From Chloroflexota bacterium (lineage in GTDB: Bacteria; Chloroflexota; Dehalococcoidia; E44-bin15): a stretch of 64,000 nt of DNA. A program made the position numbers and the translations under genes. Position 1 is the first letter of the stretch; each line of letters opens with the position of its first letter. The stretch lies in the NCBI GenBank assembly GCA_030626475.1, contig DAOUOW010000002.1:454-64453 (forward strand), read 5' to 3'. The notes under the pieces were generated by a model. The model had not been told where the DNA came from. It worked only from the letters and a program-made list of their open reading frames with translations, and made no database searches. Positions 7,221 to 14,042 of the stretch are shown here, in pieces.

Positions 7221-7254
7221 CCCCAGCTAGGTAGCGCTAGCTGGGGCTTTTTAT
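7221..7254. promoter_or_regulatory. 10-bp perfect inverted repeat in the leader of the sigma-like gene; reads as a terminator on the plus strand
   Basis: CCCCAGCTAG-gtagcg-CTAGCTGGGG followed by CTTTTTAT on the plus strand. It lies 35-60 nt upstream of the minus-strand ATG at 7186. Confidence 0.4.
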
Positions 7255-7410
7255 GCCTTGCCCTGATACAAGAGGCAAGCGGTCAAGGCTTTGGCTCTAT
7301 TCAATTGTTAAGGTGCTTTTGATTTGCCAGCTTCAGGATTGCACAAAATGTGCTTTGGTTCGATAAGTGGAACTAATATGTTCAACTCCCCTCCCTCTAG
7401 GAGCCCTTAT

Positions 7411-7442
7411 CGAGGAAAAAGAAAGAGCCCATGCTAGGCTCT
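7411..7442 (-). terminator. Candidate intrinsic terminator after the 208-aa gene
   Basis: Stem AGAGCC / GGCTCT with a 7-nt loop, followed on the minus strand by TTCTTTTTCC. It is flanked by two copies of CTCTAGGAG (7395-7403 and 7439-7447). Confidence 0.5.
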
Positions 7443-7569
7443 AGGAGAACCTTCTTTCCGCCGATGGCCTTGAGAATTCGGCTCAGGGCGCTGAAATTGG
7501 CGATTTTTGGCGGTTGTGTGCGGAATCGAGGGTTTGGCTACCTCTCAACGCCAATCATGTTTTGGGGAT

Positions 7570-8196
7570 TTAGGTTCGTTCATTAGCGAGCTTTGGTCTT
7601 CGCCCGGCGGGGCATGCTGCCGGGGCGGGCAAGCTTCCTCTCTGCCTTTTTCGGGCTCCGCTGCGAGCGAGGGTAGTTGTACAATGCCTGAAGCGGATCC
7701 CGCCACCTTCGATGGGTGCCTGTTTGCCTTTAGCAGTGAGGCAATAGAAACGCCTGGGCTGAGGTACCTCGACCATAGTGGTGCCCTGAGATGTCTTCTC
7801 CACCCTGGCCCCAGGCGATCCACCTATGAGCGAACCTTCCTCTTCACCGGTGGCCTCCACCCAGCCCAGCATCTTGAGGTGGTGGAAGTACCTGTAGAAG
7901 CTATGGCTTCGGATCTTGGTCAGCCGGTGAGGAATGCGCCTCAGGGCCTCCTCAACGGAGAGCTCGATCCCCTTCTCCATGGCGAGGGCCACCATGTCCT
8001 CGGCGTGTTCTCGCAGAAGGGCATTTTTGTACGAGGACCTGATGTCCTCGGTAGGAGCGCCACGCTTGGGATCGCTGACGCAGGCACCGTAGGTGTCATC
8101 GCCTGATAGGTAGGCACGGATGAACTCACCCAGGCCGAATGGTCTGAGGAAGCCGCCACGGGTTGGCCTGAGGCGCGTTTCATCTCCGGTCACCAC
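7570..8196 (-). CDS. Hypothetical protein with a winged-helix-like segment
   Basis: 208 aa, GTG start after GGAGGTGA. The segment SFYRYFHHLKMLGWVEATGEEE...RFYCLTAKGK resembles the recognition helix plus wing of PadR/MarR-type wHTH proteins. No other motif recognised. Confidence 0.5.
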   Translation of the reverse strand: MVTGDETRLRPTRGGFLRPFGLGEFIRAYLSGDDTYGACVSDPKRGAPTEDIRSSYKNALLREHAEDMVALAMEKGIELSVEEALRRIPHRLTKIRSHSFYRYFHHLKMLGWVEATGEEEGSLIGGSPGARVEKTSQGTTMVEVPQPRRFYCLTAKGKQAPIEGGGIRFRHCTTTLARSGARKRQRGSLPAPAACPAGRRPKLANERT

Positions 8197-8283
8197 TCAC
8201 CTCCGCTTATCCTCACTTTGTCCACCTTCAGCATTGGCCACACCCTACTCTGAGGGGCTGTCTCCAAGCCCGGCGCCCGTAGG

Positions 8284-8946
8284 CTATGTCCCCGCCTTCT
8301 TGGTCATGGGTGGCTGGATAGACTTCGCCACCTCCAGCACCATCCTATTCCAGCTAGCAGCAGGGCACGCATTGCAGAGCACCCAAGGGAAAGTGTTGAT
8401 GAACCAGGAGACCGTCTTCATCTCGTTCTGCCACTTCTTCATTTCTTCCTCTAGGGCGGCCTTTCGCCGTTCCATGATGGATACTTCAAACTTTGCCCTC
8501 CTCAGCCGTCCTTCCTCCTCCTTGACTTCCTGCCGAATCTTATCGAGGGCGATCTCGTAGTGGGTGAACTCCATCTTCCTGAGTTGCTTCTCATTCTGAT
8601 ACCAGGCCTCCAAATCTCTGCGGCGGCGAGCCCTCTCCTTTTGGATAGGAACTTCCAGTTGTTTGCGGCGCTCTTCAATGAGGTGTTCCAGGCTAAGCAG
8701 CTGCTGCTTCAGGTTGTCTCGCCTGCCAGCAAGCTCCTTTACCCTGGCGTTGACCCGGGCCTCCTCTTGGTCAAGGGCTGCCGTGAGGAATTCGCTCTGG
8801 GACTGCCCTGTAGCCCGAATGTGATCCTTGAAGCGCTGGTACACGTCGCGTTTCACCCGAAAGCTTAAGGTGGGATTAGACTCCTCGTACCTGGACCTAC
8901 TGGGCTTTTTCTTCTTTGCCGGTTTCTTACTAGCCACGTTTACCAC
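8284..8946 (-). CDS. Ribbon-helix-helix (CopG/Arc-like) N-terminal domain protein with a long coiled coil
   Basis: N-terminal PTLSFRVKRDVYQRFKDHIRATGQSQSEFLTAALDQ fits a beta-strand plus two helices RHH pattern. It is followed by ~120 aa of heptad-like, charged sequence. The start is ambiguous (GTG at 8946 or GTG at 8937), and both lie inside an iteron copy. Confidence 0.6.
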   Translation of the reverse strand: MVNVASKKPAKKKKPSRSRYEESNPTLSFRVKRDVYQRFKDHIRATGQSQSEFLTAALDQEEARVNARVKELAGRRDNLKQQLLSLEHLIEERRKQLEVPIQKERARRRRDLEAWYQNEKQLRKMEFTHYEIALDKIRQEVKEEEGRLRRAKFEVSIMERRKAALEEEMKKWQNEMKTVSWFINTFPWVLCNACPAASWNRMVLEVAKSIQPPMTKKAGT

Positions 8947-8999
8947 CTCCTGCTGAAATCGTTTGCCACCCCGTTTACCACCCCGTATGCCACCGGTGG
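8938..8999. repeat. Four 12-bp direct repeats (iterons) ending in a 10-bp palindrome
   Basis: GTTTACCACCTC (8938-8949), an 11-nt gap, then tandem GTTTGCCACCCC (8961-8972), GTTTACCACCCC (8973-8984) and GTATGCCACCGG (8985-8996). The last copy runs into the palindrome CCACCGGTGG (8990-8999). Confidence 0.75.
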
Positions 9000-9099
9000 A
9001 TTACCCCCCCATGGAAACCGCACTACAAACATGTATCCTATATGCATGGGGGTGACCCTCCCTCGGTGTATGTCGTAGACATGACCAGTGTGTCGGTGA

Positions 9100-9345
9100 T
9101 CACTGTCGGCCGGAGCGCGGGTCGCAAGCTCTATGCCCTGTGGCCTCCCCTGGTGAACTGCCTTCTGAATGCCCGCCCTCAAGCATTCGGATGAGGGCAG
9201 CCCGGGGTACAAGCAGGCGCCGTCCCACTGAGATGGCGGGAAGTTGGCCGCGCTTAATGGCTTGATAGGCCAAAGTCCGGGAGATTCCGAGCAGCCTGGC
9301 TGCTTCCACAACTGGTACGGTCAAGCGTTCATCGTTCGTGCTCAT
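9100..9345 (-). CDS. Excisionase-family HTH protein (xis-like) of the element
   Basis: LTVPVVEAARLLGISRTLAYQAIKRGQLPAISVGRRLLVPRAALIRML is a typical xis/MerR-type HTH. It is divergent from the integrase operon. Confidence 0.7.
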   Translation of the reverse strand: MSTNDERLTVPVVEAARLLGISRTLAYQAIKRGQLPAISVGRRLLVPRAALIRMLEGGHSEGSSPGEATGHRACDPRSGRQ

Positions 9346-9408
9346 CCCACTTCTCCATTTCCTTCCTTGGTCGCACGGTCATTTGGAGGCTTAGCTCCAA
9401 TGCCCTTC

Positions 9409-9437
9409 TTGACAAATCCACTGGCATGTGGTATATG
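9409..9437 (+). promoter_or_regulatory. Rightward sigma-70-type promoter toward the 142-aa ORF and integrase
   Basis: TTGACA (9409-9414), a 17-nt spacer ending in TGG (extended -10), then TATATG (9432-9437). Confidence 0.5.
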
Positions 9438-9473
9438 TGTGGCAATGACAGGGATAAACTGCACCTTAGTGTT

Positions 9474-9502
9474 ATTATACTTTAGTTACTTCCCTATGTC
9501 AA
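9474..9502 (-). promoter_or_regulatory. Leftward consensus sigma-70 promoter toward the xis-like gene and the rest of the element
   Basis: The minus strand reads TTGACA-TAGGGAAGTAACTAAAG-TATAAT, which is a perfect -35, a 17-nt spacer and a perfect -10. Confidence 0.65.
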
Positions 9503-9556
9503 TATCATGCGAGATAATATAGTATACTAACCGCATCATTAACGCAGGAGGTCAAA

Positions 9557-9985
9557 GTGCGACGGGGATACAGCCAAGATGTAAGAGCTGAGGCTATTAC
9601 GAGACGCTATCACGGAATGGAATGGAAACAAATTCAAGTTGGAATCCAAGAGAAATTTCATGTCAAGCCCAGCATAAGGCAGATGCAGAAATGGTTTGAG
9701 GATTATCAGGGGACTGGGGAGGACCCCACCGGGGTCAAGTTCATGGCAACGGCGATAAAGGAGGCTGCTGAGAGAGCTAGGCCCCTAGCCTACAGCGAGG
9801 TAATGGAGGGCCTTCCTGCCCTCAGGAGCTTCATCGAACTGGGGGCTGACCTGGAGGATGCTGGGTGGATGTTTGTTCTTCTTGCGCTGGAGCGGCAGGT
9901 TGGGCGAGACAATTTTGACCGCATAGTCGCCAAGTATGTGCAGCTACGTGACAGACTGAACGAAGAAAAAGGAGGACAGAGATGA
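9557..9985 (+). CDS. Hypothetical protein (possible N-terminal HTH), translationally coupled to the integrase
   Basis: GTG start 5 nt after AGGAGG. The N-terminus YSQDVRAEAITRRYHGMEWKQIQ is HTH-like. The stop overlaps the integrase start (ATGA at 9982). Confidence 0.55.
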   Translation: MRRGYSQDVRAEAITRRYHGMEWKQIQVGIQEKFHVKPSIRQMQKWFEDYQGTGEDPTGVKFMATAIKEAAERARPLAYSEVMEGLPALRSFIELGADLEDAGWMFVLLALERQVGRDNFDRIVAKYVQLRDRLNEEKGGQR

Positions 9986-11160
9986 AGGGTCACATCCGAC
10001 AGCGTTCTAAGGGTTCGTGGTCCATCGTGATCGATGTGGGGCGAGACGCCGAGACGGGAAAACGGTGTCAACACTGGCATACCGTGAAGGGCACAAAGCG
10101 GGACGCAGAGAAGAGGTTAACGGAGTTGCTGCACTCGCTGAACAGGGGGAGCTACGTGAAGCCCACTCGCCTCACGGTCGCAGAATACCTGGAGCAGTGG
10201 CTAGATGGCTATGTGGCCACTAACACCGCACCTAGAACCCGTGAGCGTTATGAGGAGATCGTGCGGCTTCATCTCATTCCTGCCTTGGGCTCTCTTTTGT
10301 TGCTGGCTTTACATCCGCAACACATCCAGAAATACTATGCTACTGCCTTGGAATCGGGTCGGCGAGATGGCAAGGGTGGGCTATCGGCACGTACAGTCCA
10401 CAAGCATCACAGGGTGCTCTATGAGGCCCTGAAGCACGGCGTAAGGCAAGGCATTATTGTTCGCAACGTGGCCGAGGCCGTTGACCCGCCTCGGCCTCAG
10501 AGCAAGGAGATATCAATGGTGGGGCCAGGCCATGTGCGCTTGCTTCTCGATGCTGCGAAGCCGACACCCTACTATGTCGCTTTCTTCACTGCCGTCTATA
10601 CTGGTCTGCGCCGGGGTGAATTGCTTGGCCTACGGTGGTGCGATATTGACCTGGATCTGGCAACGCTCTCGGTGATTCAGGCGTTACAGCAGCTCCGTGG
10701 CGGGCAGTACATTTTCAGGGAACCCAAGAGCAGGCGGGGCCGTCGCCAGATAGCGTTGTCACCATCATTGGCGATCCTATTTCGGGAGCACCGGACAAAG
10801 CAGGAGAATGACCGAAGGCTACTTTGTAGGCCTCTAGTTCCAACTGACTTAGTATTCTCACACCCTGATGGCAGACCGCTTCGACCTACAAGCGTAACAA
10901 GGGCGTTTAGGGCAATAGCCCATTCGCTTGGACTAGAGGGCGTTCGGCTCCATGACCTGCGGCACGCTCACGCTACGCTTATGCTACAGCAGGGTATTCA
11001 CCCAAAGATCGTCTCAGAGCGGCTAGGTCATAGCTCCGTGGCAATAACATTGGATATCTATTCCCACGTCCTGCCCGGGTTACAAGAGGCTGCGGCACGT
11101 CGTTTTGAGGAGGTACTGCAGGACATTTCGGTTGACGCGCCAGCGATCGGGATTCGTTAG
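9982..11160 (+). CDS. Tyrosine recombinase / phage-type integrase
   Basis: N-terminal SAM-like core-binding domain (AEYLEQWL...RTRERYEEIVRLHLIPALG). The catalytic motifs are GLRRGELLGLRW, HDLRHAHATLML and LGHSSVAITLDIYSHV. Confidence 0.92.
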   Translation: MKGHIRQRSKGSWSIVIDVGRDAETGKRCQHWHTVKGTKRDAEKRLTELLHSLNRGSYVKPTRLTVAEYLEQWLDGYVATNTAPRTRERYEEIVRLHLIPALGSLLLLALHPQHIQKYYATALESGRRDGKGGLSARTVHKHHRVLYEALKHGVRQGIIVRNVAEAVDPPRPQSKEISMVGPGHVRLLLDAAKPTPYYVAFFTAVYTGLRRGELLGLRWCDIDLDLATLSVIQALQQLRGGQYIFREPKSRRGRRQIALSPSLAILFREHRTKQENDRRLLCRPLVPTDLVFSHPDGRPLRPTSVTRAFRAIAHSLGLEGVRLHDLRHAHATLMLQQGIHPKIVSERLGHSSVAITLDIYSHVLPGLQEAAARRFEEVLQDISVDAPAIGIR

Positions 11161-11177
11161 CAAAATGTTTGCAATTT

Positions 11178-11206
11178 TGCCTTTGTGGCAGGTTTTCGTG
11201 TATAAT
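11178..11206 (+). promoter_or_regulatory. Candidate promoter of tRNA-Ser
   Basis: TTGCCT (11178-11183), a 17-nt spacer, then TATAAT (11201-11206). The tRNA begins 10 nt after the -10 element. Confidence 0.5.
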
Positions 11207-11215
11207 CTGAAGCCA

Positions 11216-11301
11216 GGAGAGGTGTCCGAGTGGTTTAAGGAACCGCTCTCGAAAAGCGGTGTCCCGAAATGGGACCGTGGGTTCGAATCCCACCCTCTCC
11301 G
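11216..11301 (+). tRNA. tRNA-Ser (anticodon CGA), class II with long variable arm
   Basis: Hand-folded. Acceptor GGAGAGG/CCTCTCC, D-arm TCC-GAGTGGTTTAA-GGA, anticodon arm CCGCT-CTCGAAA-AGCGG, variable arm GTCCC-GAAAT-GGGAC, T-arm GTGGG-TTCGAAT-CCCAC, discriminator G. CCA is not encoded. Confidence 0.93.
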
Positions 11302-11356
11302 CTTTTTTCCGTTCTTCGGGCCATCTTTGAAGAAGGCTCGATCTTTTGAAAAGGGA

Positions 11357-11385
11357 TTGCCTTATTTCAGTCATTGTGTTAAAAT
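11357..11385 (+). promoter_or_regulatory. Candidate promoter of the B12-radical SAM gene
   Basis: TTGCCT (11357-11362), a 17-nt spacer ending in TGT, then TAAAAT (11380-11385). Confidence 0.5.
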
Positions 11386-11423
11386 CGGCAAATTAACTCG
11401 GCTCGAGTCGCAGGAGGTTCAAT

Positions 11424-12752
11424 ATGAAAATTTCACTGGTGGAGCCCAAGACCCCTTCCTATAATGTGTATACTGCCTTTATTAAGCACCTCCCTTTGCT
11501 GGGGCCCATCTATCTGGGTTCAATACTGAAAAACGATGGCCATGAGGTTACTATCTATAACGAAAATATCGAGGAAATCGACTACTCCAGGATCAAGGAC
11601 TCCGACGTCTTGGGCATCTCCATTATGACATCCACCGCTCCGCGGGGTTATGAGATCGCCGAGAATTTCAGAGCGCTTAACCCCAAGGGGAGGATCATCA
11701 TCGGCGGGGTGCACGCCACCTTCCTGCCTGAGGAAGCGGCACAGTACGCCGATCACGTGGTAAAGGGGGAGGGGGAGCTGGTGATCTCCGATCTGGTTAA
11801 GTATGGGGGAGAGAAAATCATACAATGCAATCCGGTGCAGAATCTCGATGACCTGCCCTTCCCCGATTTCTCGCTGATCGATGGCTTAGGAAAACGGCTG
11901 TCGATGACGCCGGTCTCTACCTCAAGGGGTTGTCCCTATGACTGCACCTTCTGCTCTGTTACCGCGATGTTTGGCAGAAAATACCGCTTTCGCTCTCCTG
12001 AGAGCGTTATCGAAGAGTTGTCCCGCTTTAAGCACAAAAGTATTTTCTTTTACGATGATAATTTTGGTGCCAATAGAGCGAGGACCAAGGAACTGCTAAA
12101 TCTGATGATTGAGCGTAAGATCACCCCCGGGTGGATAACGCAGGTTAGAGCTGACATAGCTAAAGACGAAGAGCTGGTAAGTTTGATGGCGGAAGCAAAT
12201 TGTAGACGATTGTGTATTGGGTTCGAGTCGGTAGACCCGGAGGTGCTGAAGAGCTACAACAAAAGGCAAACCCCGGAAGATGTTACCAACTGCATTCGGG
12301 TGCTTCACAAGTATGGCATCAGAATACACGGGATGTTCATATCCGAGGGATATTCAGATGTCTATGATAAACTGGGAATAGACAGCCTCCAGCTGAGCAT
12401 TCTGATTCCAGTTATTGGCAGCAAGCTGTACACCAGTGTACAGTCTGCCCGTAAATTCATCACCGAAAAGTTCCCCACCGACTGGAAACTGTATGATGGC
12501 GGCCATGTGGTTCACTGGCCGGATAATATGTCACCTTATGAGATGCAAAAACAGACCCTTAAAGCGCTGAAAGACTTTTACTCCCGCTATAACATGGTTA
12601 AGTTTTTGCTTACAGGTAAAATCAGGGATTTTGCCACCAGGCAGATGGGCCATAGCATCATCAAGAAATGGGAGGCACAGAACAGGGATTACCTGGCAAG
12701 GCTGAGACGATTCCAAATTTCTACTACGGCATCGGCGGAACCGACTTCGTAA
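11424..12752 (+). CDS. B12-binding-domain radical SAM protein
   Basis: N-terminal cobalamin-binding-like domain (DVLGISIMTSTAPRGYEIA...IIIGGVHATF), then the radical SAM cluster motif TSRGCPYDCTFCSV. RBS is GCAGGAGG. Confidence 0.85.
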   Translation: MKISLVEPKTPSYNVYTAFIKHLPLLGPIYLGSILKNDGHEVTIYNENIEEIDYSRIKDSDVLGISIMTSTAPRGYEIAENFRALNPKGRIIIGGVHATFLPEEAAQYADHVVKGEGELVISDLVKYGGEKIIQCNPVQNLDDLPFPDFSLIDGLGKRLSMTPVSTSRGCPYDCTFCSVTAMFGRKYRFRSPESVIEELSRFKHKSIFFYDDNFGANRARTKELLNLMIERKITPGWITQVRADIAKDEELVSLMAEANCRRLCIGFESVDPEVLKSYNKRQTPEDVTNCIRVLHKYGIRIHGMFISEGYSDVYDKLGIDSLQLSILIPVIGSKLYTSVQSARKFITEKFPTDWKLYDGGHVVHWPDNMSPYEMQKQTLKALKDFYSRYNMVKFLLTGKIRDFATRQMGHSIIKKWEAQNRDYLARLRRFQISTTASAEPTS

Positions 12753-12867
12753 AATATTTAACCCCTTTTCTCCAGCGATAACGCGCCCCTGAACTGGCGG
12801 CAGTTTCCCAGGGTTGCCCCCTTCGCCTTCACCAATGTCGCTTAGACAGCCACTCAGCAGCGAGTGA

Positions 12868-12897
12868 TTGTCTTATCTTGTCCACTTATGCTAGAAT
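12868..12897 (+). promoter_or_regulatory. Candidate dprA promoter
   Basis: TTGTCT, an 18-nt spacer ending in TGC, then TAGAAT (12892-12897). Confidence 0.35.
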
Positions 12898-12918
12898 GAT
12901 TCAACTTCGGGGATAGAG

Positions 12919-14034
12919 ATGAGCGATACCAAGTACTGGGTTGGATTCACCCTGATACCGGGCGTAGGGCGAGCCAGGTTCTCCCAATTGGAGCAACACT
13001 TCGGTGACATGGAGAGGGCATGGCAGGCCAGCGCTGCCGAGTTGGGGGAAGCCGGGCTTGATAAGCGCACTGTGCAGGCCATCATGGCACGGCGGCTCAA
13101 GATCTCCCTTGATGCCGAGATGGAGAGGCTGGAGCGCTATAAGGTTACCGTGCTCACCTGGAAGGACAAAGCCTATCCCTCGAGACTGAAGGAGATATAT
13201 GACCTCCCCCCTGTGCTCTATGTAAGGGGAGGTTTTGCTGCCCAGGATGAATGGTCCCTGGCCGTGGTTGGCACTCGCCGCCCCACTTACTATGGGAGGG
13301 AAGTCACCGAGCAGATTGCCGGTGACCTGGCTCGGAATGGGGTCACCATCGTTAGCGGACTGGCAAGAGGGATCGATGCCACCGCTCATCGCGCCGCCCT
13401 GGATGCCGGGGGGCGGACCATCGCCGTCTTCGGCTGTGGCCTGGATGTTGTTTATCCCAGCGAGCATGCAAAGCTTGCTCGCGAGATCATGCAAAGAGGT
13501 GCTCTGGTGAGCGAGTTTCCTCTGGGGACTCGCCCCAAAGCGGAGAACTTCCCCCGACGCAACCGCATCATGAGCGGGCTGAGCCTGGGGGTTCTTGTTG
13601 TCGAGGCGGGACAGGGGAGCGGGGCCCTGATAACCGCAGGACTCGCCCTGGAGCAGAACCGGGAGGTGTTCGCTGTTCCTGGCAGCGTGCTCTCCCACCA
13701 GAGCGGGGGCACTAATCGCCTGATCCAGGAGGGGGCAAAGCTTGTGCTGGGCTGCTACGATATCCTTGAGGAGTTCAATCTGACCATGGCAGCACAGCAA
13801 TTAGAGATGAAGGAAATTCTTCCCGCTACCGACACAGAATCCGTGCTCCTGAGTTGCCTCTCCCCGGAGCCAACCCACATCGATGAGGTGGGGCGAAAGT
13901 GCGGTCTGCCCATATCCCTTGTGAGCAGCACCCTGGCCATGATGGAGCTCAAGGGGGCGGTAAAGCAGGTTGGGGGTATGAATTATATCCTCGCCCGGGA
14001 GGCAAGAGAAGAATATCGGATCAGGGTGGAGTAG
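12919..14034 (+). CDS. dprA: DNA-processing protein DprA
   Basis: Rossmann-like core VVGTRRPTYYGREV...IVSGLARGIDATAHRAAL...FPRRNRIMSGLS and a C-terminal wHTH. Confidence 0.9.
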   Translation: MSDTKYWVGFTLIPGVGRARFSQLEQHFGDMERAWQASAAELGEAGLDKRTVQAIMARRLKISLDAEMERLERYKVTVLTWKDKAYPSRLKEIYDLPPVLYVRGGFAAQDEWSLAVVGTRRPTYYGREVTEQIAGDLARNGVTIVSGLARGIDATAHRAALDAGGRTIAVFGCGLDVVYPSEHAKLAREIMQRGALVSEFPLGTRPKAENFPRRNRIMSGLSLGVLVVEAGQGSGALITAGLALEQNREVFAVPGSVLSHQSGGTNRLIQEGAKLVLGCYDILEEFNLTMAAQQLEMKEILPATDTESVLLSCLSPEPTHIDEVGRKCGLPISLVSSTLAMMELKGAVKQVGGMNYILAREAREEYRIRVE

Positions 14035-14042
14035 AGGCTTCA

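Larger units (their letters stand above)
4409..11215. mobile_element. Compact integrative element (~6.8 kb) next to tRNA-Ser; boundaries not resolved
   Basis: An integrase, an xis-like HTH and a divergent/face-to-face promoter region, with a run of small DNA-binding proteins, a sigma-like factor and a clamp homologue, all bracketed by core-type genes. I found no flanking direct repeats by eye. Confidence 0.55.

Noticed and set aside
7507-8106. 199-aa plus-strand ORF inside the element.
   Set aside because: It is antisense to the 208-aa minus-strand gene, which has a GGAGGTGA RBS and fits the co-directional operon. I see no RBS for the plus-strand ORF.
12901-13800. 299-aa ORF on the minus strand.
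   Set aside because: It is entirely antisense to dprA, whose frame carries clear family motifs. The antisense product is low-complexity with no RBS, so it is a GC-rich shadow ORF.
13899-14042. A 48-codon N-terminal extension of the topA ORF that overlaps the dprA 3' end.
   Set aside because: The extension is Gly/Arg-rich and overlaps dprA. The conserved Toprim N-terminus begins exactly at the ATG at 14043.
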